A stretch of DNA of 64,000 bases from the human T2T-CHM13v2.0 reference genome, Homo sapiens: NCBI RefSeq assembly GCF_009914755.1, contig NC_060936.1; one strand, given 5' to 3'. The notes under the pieces were generated by a model. The model worked only from the letters and a program-made list of their open reading frames with translations. It did no database searches and was not told the origin of the DNA. Position numbers and translations under genes: made by a program. Each line of letters begins with the position of its first letter. Position 1 is the first letter of the stretch. Below are positions 44,195 to 64,000 of this stretch, one piece after another.

Positions 44195-47100
44195 AAAAAT
44201 AAATGGAACAATGTTGTTCACAGATTGGAAGACTTGATGTTAAGACGGCAATACTACCCAAAGCAACACACAGAGTCAATGCAATCCCTGTCAAAATCCC
44301 AATCGTATTTTTTGCCAATATGGAAAAACTCATCAGAGTTTCAAGGACTCAGAATAGCCAAAACAATCTTTAAAAAAAAAAAAAAAGTTGCCTGTTCTGA
44401 TTCCTTGAAATTCTGTATCAAGACTTGATACAGAGCTATAGTACAGTAATCAAAACAATGTGGTACTCACACAAGAACATGTGTGTCTGTGTGTGTGTGT
44501 GTATCAATAGAATAGAATTGAGAATCAATAGAATAGAATTGAGAATCAATAGAATAGAATAGAATTGAGAAGCCAGAAATAAGCCCTCACATTTATAGTT
44601 AGTTGATTTTCAATAAGGGTGCCAAGACTATTCAATGGGAAAGAATGGTGTCTTCAACAAACGGTGCTGGGAAAACTGAATATTCGCACACCAAAGAATG
44701 AATTTGGATCCTTACCATACACCATATACAAAAATTAACTCAAAATCAATCAAAGACCTAAATTTTAAAAGCTAAAACTATCAAATTCTTAGAAGAAAAC
44801 ACAGAGGAAAATCTACATGACCTTGGATTTCTTAATATGACATTAAAAGCCCAGGCAACAACAAAAAAATAGAAATTATTAAGATTACAAAATTTGTACA
44901 TTAAAGGATACTAGCAAGGCAGGAGATGGGGCTTAGCTCTGGAAGCAGGGCTCAGACACCAGACCAAATTGAGGACTAGCTAAAACAGGTCTGGGGCAGA
45001 AGCAGCTTTCCATAAGACACACTCACTAGTGTGCCATGTCAGTTTACCATTACCATGGCAACACTCCAATGTTACTGACCCTTCCCATGGCAATGACCCA
45101 ACAACCCAGAAGTTACCACCCTCATCCTAGAAATGGCTCCATAAACCGCCCCTTAATTTTCATATAATTAGAAGTGGGTATAAGTTTAACTGAAGAACTG
45201 CCTCTGAGCTGCTACTCTGGGCACACTGCCTATGGGGTATCCCTGCTCTGCAAGGAGCAGTACCTCTGCGGCTACTGTACACCACTGCTTCAATAACAGT
45301 TGCTGTTTAACACCACCAGCTCATCCTTGAATTCTTTCCTGGGTGATATGGTTTGGCTGTGTCCCCACCCAAATCTCATCTTGAATTGTAACTCCCACAA
45401 TTCTCACATGTTGTGGGAGGGACCCAGTGGGAGGTAATTGAATCATGGGGGCAGGTCTTTCTCATGCTGTTCTCATGTAGTGAACAAGTCTCACAATATC
45501 TGATGGTTTTAAAAAGAGGAGCTCCTGGGCCAGGCGCGGTGGCTCACGCCTGTAATCCAGCACTTTGGGAGACTAAGGTGGGTGGATTGCCTGAGGTCAG
45601 GAGTTCGAGATCAGCCTGGCCAACATGGTGAAACCCCATCCCTACAAAAAATACAAAAATTAGCCAGGAATGGTAGCACGTGCCTGTAGTCCCAGCTACT
45701 CAGGAGGCTGAGGCAGGAGAATGGCATGAACCTGGGAGGCAGAGCTTGCAGTGAGCCGAGATCGCACCACTGCACTGCAGCCTGGGCAACAGAGCAAGAC
45801 TCCATCTCAAAAAAAAAAAAAAAAAGGAGTTCCCCTGCACAAGCTCTCTCTCTTTGCCTGCTGCCATCCACGTAAGATGTGACTTGCTCCTCCTTGCCTT
45901 CCATCATGATTGTGAGGCTTCCCCAGCCATGTGGAACTGTGAACGCTCCATTAAACCTCTTTCCTTTGTAAATTGCCCAGTCTTGGGTATGCCTTTATCA
46001 GCAGCGTGAAAACAGACAAATACACTGGGCGAAGCCAAGAACCCTCCCGGGCTAAGCCCCAGTTTGGGGGCTTGCCTGTCCTGCATCACTATTAGCATGG
46101 AAAAGACAACCCACAAAATGGAATAAAAATATTTGCAAATCATATATTTGATAAGGATTTAATATCCAGAATATATAAAGAAGTATAACTCAACAACAAA
46201 AAGACAAAACTGCAACTCAGAAATGGGCAAAAGACTTGGATAGACATTTCTCCAAAGAAAATATGCAAATGGCTAATGAGTTTATGAAAAGATGCCCGAT
46301 GTCATTAGTCATTAGAGAAATCCAAATCAAAACTGTAATGAGATACCACTTCATACCCATTAGGATGACTTTTTTTTTTTTTTTTGAGATGGAGTCTCAC
46401 TCTGTTACCCAGGCTGGAGTTCAGTAGTGTGATCTCGACTTACTGCAACCTCTGTCTCCCAGGTTCAAACAATTCTCCTCCTTCAGCCTCCTGAGTAGCT
46501 GAGATTACAGGCGTACGCCCCCACACCCAGCTAATTTTTGTGTTTTTAGTAGAGACAGGGTTTCACCATGTTGGCCAGGCTGGTCTTGAACTAATGACCT
46601 CAGGTGATCTGCCTGCCTCAGTCTCCCACAGTGTTGGAATTACAGGCATGAGCCACTGTGCCCAGCCAGCTATAATTTCTTAATGAAAAAATAACAGTTG
46701 TTGGAGAAGATGAGAAGAAACTGGAACTACTGTACATTGTTGGTGAGAAGTGGAAATGGTGCAGCCACTGTAGACACAGACTGGCCATTCCTCAAAAAGT
46801 TAAACATAGAATTTCCATGTGATCCAGCAAATGCACGCCTAGATATAGACCCTAAAAAGTTAAAAACAAGGACTTAAACAGATGTTTGTACACAAATGTT
46901 CATAGCATGCTATTCACAATAGCCTAAAGGTGGAAACAACCTAAGTGTCCATTCACAGATGAATGGCTAAACAAAATGTGGCACATAACACAGTGGACTA
47001 TAATTTAGCCATAGAAATAACGACATTCTGATACAGGCTACAACATGGATGGACCTCAGTACTAAGACACGGTGCTAAGACTGAGTGTGGTGGTGCACAC

Positions 47101-47680
47101 CTGTGATCCCAGCACTTTGGGAGGCCAAGGAAATTCAACAGGATTGCTTGAGCCCAGGAGGACAAGACCGGCCTCAGCAACATGGTGAGACCCTGTCTCT
47201 CCAAAATAGACCAAAAAAAAAAAAAGTAACCAGGTATGGTGGTAAGCACCTGTAGTCCCAGCTACTCAGGAGGCTGAGGCAGGAGGATGGGCTGAGCTCA
47301 GAAAGTCAAGGCTAGAGTGAGCCGTGATCGTGCCACTGCACTCCAGCCTGGGCAACAAAGCAAGACTCTGTCTCGAAAAAAAAAAGTGCTAATTGAAAGA
47401 AGCCAGACACAAAAAAATACTGCATAATTTCAAATTCAGAAATCATACAGACAAAAAGTGGTTACCAGGGCCTGGGGAAAGGAATAATGAGGCATTACTG
47501 CATAATGGGTATGAAGTTTATGTTTGAGATAATGAAAAAGTTTTCTAAATAGGTAGAGGCAATGATTACATGGCATTGTGAATGTGATTAATTCCACTGA
47601 ATTATATGTTAAAAACCAATTAAAATTACAAATCTTATGTTATATATACTTTTACCACCATAAAAACAATAAAAAAATAG
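44195..47680 (+). mobile_element. Old L1 (L1MB-like) 3' region hosting a MER66-like LTR (44917-46088), THE1 (45344-46025) and Alus (45528-45825, 46370-46667, 47077-47384)
   Basis: L1 ORF2 end and 3' UTR motifs; THE1 TSD ctggg. Confidence 0.8.
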
Positions 47681-47781
47681 AAGTGGGAAAGACCACTTAA
47701 CTAAACCCACAAGAATGAAAATGTCATAATAAATGGGAGTAAGAGAACAGGCTTGATTGTGGAGCTATCTTGAAAAATAAC

Positions 47782-48105
<324 letters not shown>

Positions 48106-48209
48106 GAAGCTTATTTTTATGACATTTAACATGTTTTACATTGTTTCAATTAGCATATTTTACATTGTGTTTCAATTAATTAGTAACTCTTAAAACAGAG
48201 ACAAAATCA

Positions 48210-48329
48210 GGAGCCACGGTGGCTCAGGCCTATTGTCCTGGCGCATAAGGAGGCAAGGCTAGGCATTCGAGGCCAACCTAGGCAACATAGAAACCTCTCA
48301 TCTATATAACCGAAAAAGAAAAAAAAAAG
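48210..48329 (+). mobile_element. Monomeric 7SL/Alu-derived retrocopy resembling ASR (Alu/snaR-related)
   Basis: Starts GGAGCCACGGTGGCTCAGGCC; internal deletion versus the Alu left arm; A-tail; TSD aaaacagagacaaaatca / aaaacagagtcaaaaatca. Confidence 0.65.
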
Positions 48330-48348
48330 AAAACAGAGTCAAAAATCA

Positions 48349-48995
<647 letters not shown>

Positions 48996-49631
48996 GTGTT
49001 AAGGCTATACCACCAGAGTGTTTAACCAAGGGCACTTCTGACTGAAGGGCTCTGTGTGACACAGTTGGGAAGCTGTCCCTGGCAGTAGCTAAGAACCTAG
49101 AGTGTTCAGGTAGAAGTCCAGAAGAAAGAAGAGGTGAGTGAGTGGCCCCCAGGTACCAGTGGGGTTCACATAGCTGAGAGGGACACAATCAACGGATGGA
49201 CCCAACAGCCATCCCCACGCCTTCTCCCCTGCTGCTTCTCACTGCAGGGGCTGAAAACCTGAGTCTCTTCTCAGAGTCTTTCATAGCTAAAGGGGGCCTT
49301 GTGCTGGATCGCGATGCTGACGGATGGGACTGATGGAGAAATCTGCTAGGAGGTTTCAGAGAGTTTTTACTTTCCTGATAAAAGGAACAGCCTCAGCCAC
49401 CACCACCCGGGTTCCCCTTATTTGCCCTTGATGCAATATCAGGTCTGTAGCTGCGACAGCCATTTAACAAGGACAAGGTGATGTGCATGCGACCCCACAC
49501 GCTAAGTGTGGCAGTGCAGAAGCACCTGTGTATGTCCTCCATCACACGGTGGGCAGCCCATACAAAGCTAGCACCCGCCCACCTCCAGGTCTGTCTCCTA
49601 CTGCCACCAAACCCACCTGTCCCCACCCTAA

Positions 49632-50040
<409 letters not shown>

Positions 50041-51111
50041 ATAACTCTTCTTAAGGGCTCTTGGGAAATCCTGTTGGACTAAATACACTGGGTTACATCC
50101 CTATCTTATTTTTCACTCATCCAAAGCAAGCTAGGCTCAGCCCTGGGCATCCTGTCCAAAGCAGAGAGAACAAAAGCAGCTCACTCTTAGAGTGTTCTGT
50201 GTGCTCAGCTCGAAGTTTTCATTCATCCTCATTGGATCCTTGCCTATGAGGTAGGTATTTTCATCTCCATCTGACCGAGGGGGAAACTGAGGCTCAGAGC
50301 AGCTCTCTAACCCAAGGTCACTGCCCAGGTCTTGATCAGGAAGTATTCCCATGCTCACACCCTGGAATCCTCACTGTATAAGATTTGGGACCTCAACTCC
50401 GCTGGACGCTGGGGAGCCTCACTGTCTTCTACCTGCCTCCTCCTGCAGGCAACTAAAGGCTCACAGTCCTCCTGCAGTAAACAGTTCAGAAAGGCCCAGA
50501 GCCAAGGCAGAAACTTCATTAGCAAACCACATTTCAGGGGCACTATCGGGCCCTGCTGTTTCAAAGCTGCTCTGAGTCCCAATGTCCCTACTGATGGGCA
50601 ATGCATGCCCCACTGTCCAGCTTGATTTAGAAGACTGAGATGGCCTCCTCCAGGAAGCCAGCAATGCTGCTCACTGCAGGCTGAGTGAAGAGGGATGGCC
50701 AGGGAAAAGAAGGAACCTGCTGCGGGCCCTGATCTGGCCCAGGCGAAGGTGACAAGAGCAGCTGCTATTTACCGAGCACTCACTTCCCTTGTGACAAGAC
50801 CTGAGATAAGGGCCTCATAGCCCTGAATGCCTCCAAACTGCCCTCTAAGTTGAAGACCATTATTCACATTTTACAAATAGGGAAACTGAGGCCCAGGGAA
50901 GTTAAGTCCCTTGCCCAAAGAGCCTGCACAAACAAGCAGCCTGGCAGAATTCTACTCTGGGCCCCCTCAATCTCCAAATTCTCAGCTTTTAATTCTTTAA
51001 CTCTATGGACTCCCAAAAACCTGGTTTTGGGTAGGACACCCTCTAGCTAAGATGTCACTTCGCACAGAGATAAGGTTATAATGGCCATGGGTAATCAAAA
51101 ACAAAAATATT

Positions 51112-51690
<579 letters not shown>

Positions 51691-51834
51691 GCTGTTCTCC
51701 CTTGAATGATAAGAAGCCCCCAAAGTCTTCCCACTGAGCCCTGAAGCCGGGGTGCAGCCCCCCCACCCAGGCTGGGTGCCTCCCATTGCAGTCATGCTGA
51801 TTTAAGACCCAGAGAAAGACCCTCACCAACGGGG

Positions 51835-52218
51835 GTTACTTTCAGGACTGCCATAACAAAATACATAGACTGGGTGGCTTAGAAACTACAGAAATGTGGT
51901 GCTCATAGTTCCAGAGACTGGCAAATACAAGATCAAGGCGTCTGCAGATTTGGTGTCTGATGAAGGCCTTCTTCCTGGTTCATAGGTAGCTGCCTGGTTC
52001 ATAGGTAGCTGCCTTCTCTCTGTGTCTTCATATGGCTGAAGGGGTAAGGAAGCTTTCCAGGGATCCTTTTATAAGGGCACTAATCCCATTCATGAAGTCC
52101 CCACCTGCATGACTTAATCACCTTCTCACATCACCTCCTCACACCATCACACTGTGGGTTAGGAGTTCAATGTATGAATTTAGGGGTTGAGGAGACATAG
52201 ACATTCAGTCCACTGCAC
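51835..52218 (-). mobile_element. MLT1A/MST-type LTR
   Basis: ctgccataacaaaatacatagactgggtggctta...acattcagtcc. Confidence 0.75.
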
Positions 52219-52274
52219 CAGTGCTGCCCAAAGCCTGGCAGATCTCAGCAAGACTCCTCAGCTGCAGGTTGTTA

Positions 52275-52631
<357 letters not shown>

Positions 52632-53044
52632 CTAATTACTGTAATACTTCAAAGCAGTGATGAGTAAAAGCAATATATTTTGAGACAGCACCAACAAGTG
52701 AAATGTAATAGGAAACTATAGGATTCTATTCATGACACAGTCAGACGCTACTCACACCATTGTGGTTTGTTGCCTATGTTCATAGTAGAAGGAAATGCTG
52801 TCTTTCAATTCACAGTTAATGAGAATAAAGATATCACTTTCCCCATCCAAGTTCAAAGGAGTCTGTGATCCCCAGGCTGAGAACCCCAGCCAAGAGATTC
52901 TTCGCTCTCTTCTAGGCTAGGGTTTTGGGATCTGAATGTGTCAGGGTAATGTCTCCTGGGTCCGCCAAATCCTCAATGAATCACCCAGTTCTACCCCCAT
53001 CCTTCTTTCTCAAGGGTCATCTCCCATCTCAAGATAATCCAGAT

Positions 53045-53350
53045 ACAGCCCTTCTACTCTCTGCATCTATGAATTTGACTCTTAGATTTCGCTTACTAGT
53101 GAGATCCTGCAGTGTTTTTCTTTTTGTGTTTGGCTTATTTCACTTAGCATAATGTCCTCCAAGTTCATCAAGGTTGTTGTAAATGGCAGAGTTTCCCTTT
53201 TTGGAAGGCTGAATAATCTTTGTGTATATACCACGGTTTCGTTATCCATCGTCTGCCATGAACACCTGGGTTGTTTCCGTATCTTGGTTATTGTGAATAA
53301 TGATGGAATGAGCATTGGAGTGCAGCTGTCTCTAGATATCCAGATTTAGT
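53045..53350 (-). mobile_element. L1 3' fragment
   Basis: ggcttatttcacttagcataatgtcctccaagttcatc. Confidence 0.8.
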
Positions 53351-53899
53351 TTCTCACCCTGAATGTTGAAACCTTAATCTCCTGCAGGGTTTATCCCAGG
53401 ACCACACCCAGGATTGTCCTAGGCAAGTTCCTGTTCAAGCTTCGAGTTAGTCATCACTTCCTCCCTGAGGCCTCCCTGACTCCATGGTTTGCATTAGTGA
53501 TTCCTCTGTCCCAGGCTCCACCTCCCCAACCCAGCACTGACCACCTCATCCCTGCCTCCACTGACCTAGTTCCTGGGCTGGAACTGGAGTGAGACTGACA
53601 TGTGACTTTGGGAGTTAAGGCAATGGAGAGCTGGTGTTGTGAAATGGAGCAGCCCCACCGCTCTCTTGCCCTGCCACAGTGACCCCGAGGCCACGTGCTC
53701 TCTCTGGGGAAGGGCTGCCCTCCTCCTTAGAAGAGCGAGAAGCAAGCCTTGATTGTGTTTCGCCACTGCAAGTCCAGGGTTTGTCTGTTGTGGCAGCTGG
53801 CATTAAACGCCCTGGCACACTCAGACCTCAAAGCCCAAGCCTAGAAGACAGTGAAGCAACCTGGTAGATGGTAAATGATGAAATATTCTGCTTTTAATA

Positions 53900-54781
<882 letters not shown>

Positions 54782-54939
54782 GGGCAAGTGCAGGATTCAC
54801 TAAAATGCTGCCACTGAGGCATGCAACCTCAGACAGAGTTGGTCAATGACTGCAGCCCTGGTGAAGCGGGTGGGGGATTTGGGAGCAAAGGAGCAATGAA
54901 GAGGCTCAGAAGGTCTCAGCCAGTCCTCAGCCAGGTAGC

Positions 54940-55410
54940 CGTGATAGGCTGAATAAGGGCCCCCAAAGATGCGCACATCCTCATCCCCACACCTACACAT
55001 ACGGCAAAGGGGCCTTGCAGATGTGACTAAGGGTCTTGAGATGAGAGATGATCCTGGATGATCCAAGTAAGCCCAGTGTCATCACAAGGGTCTTTATAAG
55101 AGGGAGGGTCCTTCTAAGAGGAAGCAGAAGATCAGAGTGAAGAAAAAAGTGACAGCGGAAGCAGGGAAAGGGACTGGAGGGTGCTGCTGGCTGTGAAGAT
55201 GAAGGTGGGGCCCTGCGCCAAGGAATAAGGGAACTGGAGCAGCCTCTAGGAGCTGGAAGAAGGCAAGGAAAAGGATTCCCCCCGAACCCTCCAGAATGAA
55301 CCCAGCACCTTGACTTTAGGGCTTCTGGCCTCCGGAAATGTGGGGTAACACACCTGTGCTGTTCTAAGCTGCAAGGTTTGGTCATGTGTTCCATCGGCAA
55401 GACGAGACTC
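54940..55410 (+). mobile_element. MLT1 LTR
   Basis: ggcaaaggggccttgcagatgtgactaagggtcttgagatg. Confidence 0.75.
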
Positions 55411-55464
55411 ATGTGGTGACCTTGGGCAAGGCCTTTTGACTTTCTCACCTCCATTGCCTGGCTA

Positions 55465-55830
<366 letters not shown>

Positions 55831-56610
55831 TTAAACAAGTTAATAAATATGTAAAGGTTTGGAAAGTGTGCTATAAAAGAGAATTGAATTTTTAAGTCCA
55901 TTTCCGCATATCCTTGACCTCTTTCTGGGTGTTAGCTTTGGGACGAAGAGCCCTCCCTGCTTCCTCTCTTCCCCCACCCGCGCCATGCTGGGAAATCTAC
56001 TGGTGTGTCCTCTGTGGTGTCCCCCTGCAGACTTAGCTTCTAGGTGGACGACAGATGGCTGGCCAGGTGTCAGCCACTTGGCTGGAGGCCAGGCTGGGAG
56101 GCCGTGAGACAGGATCAGATTGTCACAACCCAGAGGACAGCAGCTGGTGACGGCCACTTCCTCCACTGCCACTGGGTCACCCCACCTACCTAATAAGGTG
56201 AAGTCCCCCAGATAGCCTGTTCATCTTCAAGGGCGCTGGGCAAACCAACCATTAGCCTGACACTAAGAAGACCCAAGTCAACCCTCCACGAGTGCCTTCC
56301 TCTATGGGACCTTCATCTCTACTAAGGTTCAGGCGTCCATTTGCTCCCTCCCCAAATATTTAAACAGCATTAATTATGCACCAACACTGTTGGTTGCCTA
56401 CCTAGCAGTCATTCCTCCTTTTTACCTTGCCCCCCAAATTCCACCCAGTCCCAGGGGATGTCTTGCTTGGTCTAAGCCAATCCTGGCATCCTGTGCCTCC
56501 TTGCCAGTGCACGGTCAGGAGGGACATGTGACCCAGTCTGGCCAATTAAACATAAAGAGAATTCTGCTAAGAGATTCTAGGAAGACTGTCTTTCTATTAA
56601 GAGAGAGATG

Positions 56611-56927
<317 letters not shown>

Positions 56928-57103
56928 TGGGTCAGGAAACGAAAAGACCTTTTCAATCTTCCTTCTTCCCTTTTGCTCTGGATGCTGCTGTTTGAGGTTG
57001 TGATTTCTGGAGCTTCAGCAGCCATCTTGTGACCTTGAGATGACAATGCTAATTCTGAAATATCAACATGTCAGGGATGGAAAGCAGAAGAACTTTGATG
57101 GCT

Positions 57104-57908
57104 GGGATGGTTAGTTTTAAAAGTCAACTCGGATAGGCTGTAGGGCCCAGATGTTTGGTAATCATCAGTCTAGACGTTGGTGTAAAGGTATTTTTAGATA
57201 TGAAACAGTAGAGTTTGAGTACAGCGATTATCCTCCATAGCATGGGTGGGTTCAGCCAATGAGTTAAAGCCTTAGGAGAAAAAGACCAAGGTCCCCGCAG
57301 GGAGAAGAAATTATCTCTCCAGACTGCTTATGACTCAAGCTGAAGCATCAGCTCTTCCCTGGGTCTCCAGCCTGTCCTGCAGATTTGGACTTGCCAGCCT
57401 CTGAAATCATGTAATTCAATTCCTAGAGAGGAGGGAGGGAGAGAGGGAGGGAGAAAGGAAGGAAGGAAGAAAGGGAGGGAAGAGAAGGGAATGGAAGGGA
57501 AGGGAAGGGAAGGGAAGGGAAGGGAAGGGAAGGGAGGGAGTGTGGGAAAAAGAAAAGAAGGAAAGAAGGAGGGAAGGAGGGAGGGAGGAAGGAAGGAAAG
57601 GAAGGGAAGGGAGGGAGTGTGGGAAAAAGAAAGGAAAGAAGGAGGGAAGGAGGGAGGGAGGAAGGAAGGGAAGGGAAGGGAGGGAGGGAAGGATGGAGGG
57701 GGGAAAAGGAAGGAGGAGGGGGAGTGGGGGAAGGAGGGAGGAAGGAAAGAAGGAAAGGGGAAAGAGGAAGAAAGGAAAGAATGGAGGAAGCAAGGGAGGG
57801 AGAAAGGAAAGAAGAAAGGAGGAAGAAGGAAGGAAGGAAGGAAGCTACAGAGAGAGAGAGATACACATTTTATTGGTTCTGATTCTCTGGAAAACCCTGA
57901 CCCATATA
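57104..57908 (+). mobile_element. MLT2 (ERVL) LTR containing a polypurine expansion
   Basis: tggttagtttt..gtcaactcg...ttggttctgattctctggaaaaccctgac. Confidence 0.75.
57424..57861 (+). repeat. Polypurine (GGAA/GGGA/GGGAA) low-complexity tract
   Basis: About 440 nt, almost only A/G. Confidence 0.95.
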
Positions 57909-58494
57909 ATGGCTTTGGGATGGGATGGCGGGGGGATGCTCCTGACCTAAGGACTCCTCATGAAGAATAAGAGTGTCCTCATGGTCTAAGCCTCTCTAAG
58001 TTGGGTTTTCTGTTATTTGCAGCCCAAGCATCCTGGTTAGTGCACCTGCTCTATCATTTCTATTGCTGCTTGAAAAGCCACCCCAAAACTAAGTGACTAA
58101 AGGCAACAACCAGGTATTATCTCTCATAAATCTACAGGTCAGCCAAGCAGGTGTGCCAGTCTTAGCTGGGCTCACTTATGCCTCTGCCTCGACAGGCATG
58201 TTGGTTGAGATAGATGGTCTAGCACCATCTATGTGCTAGGCATGATCCTGGATTTTTTATTTATTTATTTTGCTATCAATAAAGGACACTATTGGGACAA
58301 TTGGCAAAATACAAATAACAGCTATAGATTAGGTCATTGTATTTTGATTACCTGATTGTGATCATTGTACTGTGGTCAGGTAAAAGAATTTCCTTATATT
58401 AGGGAATACATATATTGAAGCACTAGGGGGTATAGTGGTATAGTGTATGCAGTTCATCCTCAAATGTTTCAGAAAATTTTATATATCCATGTAT

Positions 58495-58532
<38 letters not shown>

Positions 58533-58631
58533 CAGAGAGAGAGAGAGAAAAGAAGCAGGAGGAGGAGGAAGAAGAAGAGGAGGAGGAAGAAGAGGAGGAG
58601 GAGAAGGGGGAGGAGGAGGAAGAGGAAGAAA
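58495..58631. repeat. (TG)n + (GA)n + (GGA/GAA)n compound microsatellite
   Basis: Directly visible. Confidence 0.95.
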
Positions 58632-59519
58632 TCAAATATAAGGTTAACATTTGAGGAATCCAGGTGAAAGGTATAAAGAATTTATTGTACTCTTTGTAAG
58701 TTCTCTATAAGCTCCCAAATTAATTTAAAATAAAATTTTTAACAAAAAAAAAAAAAAAAAGGAAAGGAGCCAGGGTTCAAACTTGATTTGGGGCTTTCCG
58801 TAGGAGACCAGGGTTACACACTGACTCCTAGGGTCCCAGAGTTCATCTCAGGTCAATCTGAGGCTCTCTCAAACTCAACTAAAACATCCTCAACAAAAAC
58901 AGCATGAGGATGAAGCCCTTTAGCCAGGAGAATTATGGCGGTGATGCTTTCACTGAAGCAAAGGTTGTCGCCCTCATTTTTACTTTGGGGGAATTTAGAT
59001 TTTGGTAGGTAGGATTTTCTTTAGCCATCAGTGCCCATAGGAAGGCAGAATAGGATATTGGGTTAGAATCCTGGTTGTACCATTTAGTTGCCATATGACT
59101 TTGAACAAACAAATTGAGTTTTCCATGTCTCGGTTTCCTCATCTGTAAAATGAAGAACTTAATAGTAGACATCACATAGGGTTGTTATGGATTAAATCCA
59201 TTAAAATGTCTGTAAGGAGCTGGGGACAGTGCCAGTCACAGGAGTAATGCTCTGTAATTGCTACTTGTCATCATCACCACCATCATCACCAAGATTAATA
59301 GGATTTCCATTAGGATTCTTGACTTTAGAGTCAAGAAATCCAACTTGGAGCCAGTGATGCATGCAGCACTTACTCATTGGTGACACTGAGTTAGTTACTT
59401 GTCCCATCAAACCACAGTGTCCTTATCTGTAAAATGGGAATGATACTAACCACTGGGCATGTGACATATTCAGCCTGGTGTTGGGCACACAGGAGGCCTC
59501 ATTGGTGGCTGGGAGAAAA

Positions 59520-61430
<1,911 letters not shown>

Positions 61431-61483
61431 AAAATAAATTATCTGGAAATGTCTCCAGCATTAGAACGAGGGACCAAAATAGA

Positions 61484-61496
61484 CCACTAGGGGGCG
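61484..61496 (+). promoter_or_regulatory. CTCF motif
   Basis: CCACTAGGGGGCG, near-perfect core in unique sequence. Confidence 0.65.
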
Positions 61497-61640
61497 TTCT
61501 ATACACACGCTCCCATTTCATTTCCCGGCCCTGCCTGCTGGACTCAGGCGGTTGATTTGTACAGGGAGGAAAAGGTCTAGGGTTCCTCTCTCTTTTCTGC
61601 TCCCCCCACCCTTCCCCAAATGAACCAGCTCTGCATAAGC

Positions 61641-61641
<1 letters not shown>

Positions 61642-61683
<42 letters not shown>
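61642..61683. repeat. (CA)n microsatellite
   Basis: Directly visible. Confidence 0.95.
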
Positions 61684-62139
61684 CTCCCCCCAACTCCCTC
61701 TCTTAGTCCCCTAGCCACACTAAACTTCCACCACACCCCAGGCCACACTAACTCTAAACCCCGTTCTTTCTCTGGGTTCCTTCTCTCCACGTTGGAGACA
61801 CAGCGAATTCCAGATTGAGTGTTCCCACTTCGCCTGGCTGCTCATAGGCCTTCTCGATGGCCCAGGAGCTGGGGAAGAGAGGACAGGAGGCAAGGACCCA
61901 CCCACCCACACTATAAAGGAGAGAAACTGTGGTCCCCAAAGACAAAGGGACACCACAATGGAAATAGATCAGACACCTCATATCCCAGGTGCAAGAGCTC
62001 CGAGGTCAGCCAGACCTGGGGTTTTCAGGCTCAAATACTCACTGTGTATGCCACAACCTCTACTGCCTCAGTTTCCCCACCTGTAAAATCTGTAATAATG
62101 CCTGTCAGAGTTGTTGGGAGGATTAAAAGAGCATAATAA

Positions 62140-63680
<1,541 letters not shown>

Positions 63681-64000
63681 ATGTAATAAACACCTGTGAA
63701 ACCACTACCCAAACAAAAGCTAGGATCTTGACAGTGATTTACATCTTACCATATGGCCCCCCAACCTGTGGCGCCACGTTGCCCTCTTAATCCTCATCCT
63801 AAATCCTGTATTTATTCTTCCCTTGTTTCCCTTCATACAGTTTATTATCGCATATGTGTGCCCATAATTTTAGTTGCCGTTGACTTTATAAAAAGGGAAT
63901 CATGTTTATGTAACAGGACATTTTTCATTGAATATTCTATTTCAAAGATCCATCCATATTACGGCGTGTGGCTGTATAGTTCCTTCGTATTGAGTGCTGC

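Noticed and set aside
44504-44571. Short regularly repeated units resembling an array
   Set aside because: Simple tandem duplication in L1 with no spacers; not CRISPR-like
51973-52013. Direct repeat cctggttcataggtagctg
   Set aside because: Ordinary 20-bp slippage duplication inside a MaLR LTR

Overview
Human (primate) genomic DNA, repeat-dense, from the OAS cluster. From recall this is chr12q24.13. The window opens inside OAS2 intron 2 and contains OAS2 coding exons 3-11 on the + strand (7919-23108). All have canonical AG/GT boundaries and a continuous frame, and both known C-termini are present: p69 by read-through of the exon 10 donor (687 aa) and p71 by splicing to exon 11 (719 aa). Downstream lie a frameshifted IMMP1L processed pseudogene (about 28.15-28.83 kb) and about 35 kb of intergenic sequence made mostly of Alu, L1, MaLR, ERV1 and ERVL LTRs, MIR and simple repeats. 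I cannot demonstrate a new biological system. The best leads are: (1) a 120-nt TSD-flanked retrocopy resembling the ASR/snaR small-RNA lineage at 48.2 kb; (2) LTR-donated polyA sites at both the intronic and distal ends of OAS2; (3) an antisense THE1 LTR with TATA box and splice donor pointing back into OAS2; (4) a stop/read-through allele at the p71 end; (5) strong CTCF motifs including a divergent pair; (6) several template-switch scars. Repeat subfamily names and literature points are from memory and were not searched. Repeat boundaries are approximate.
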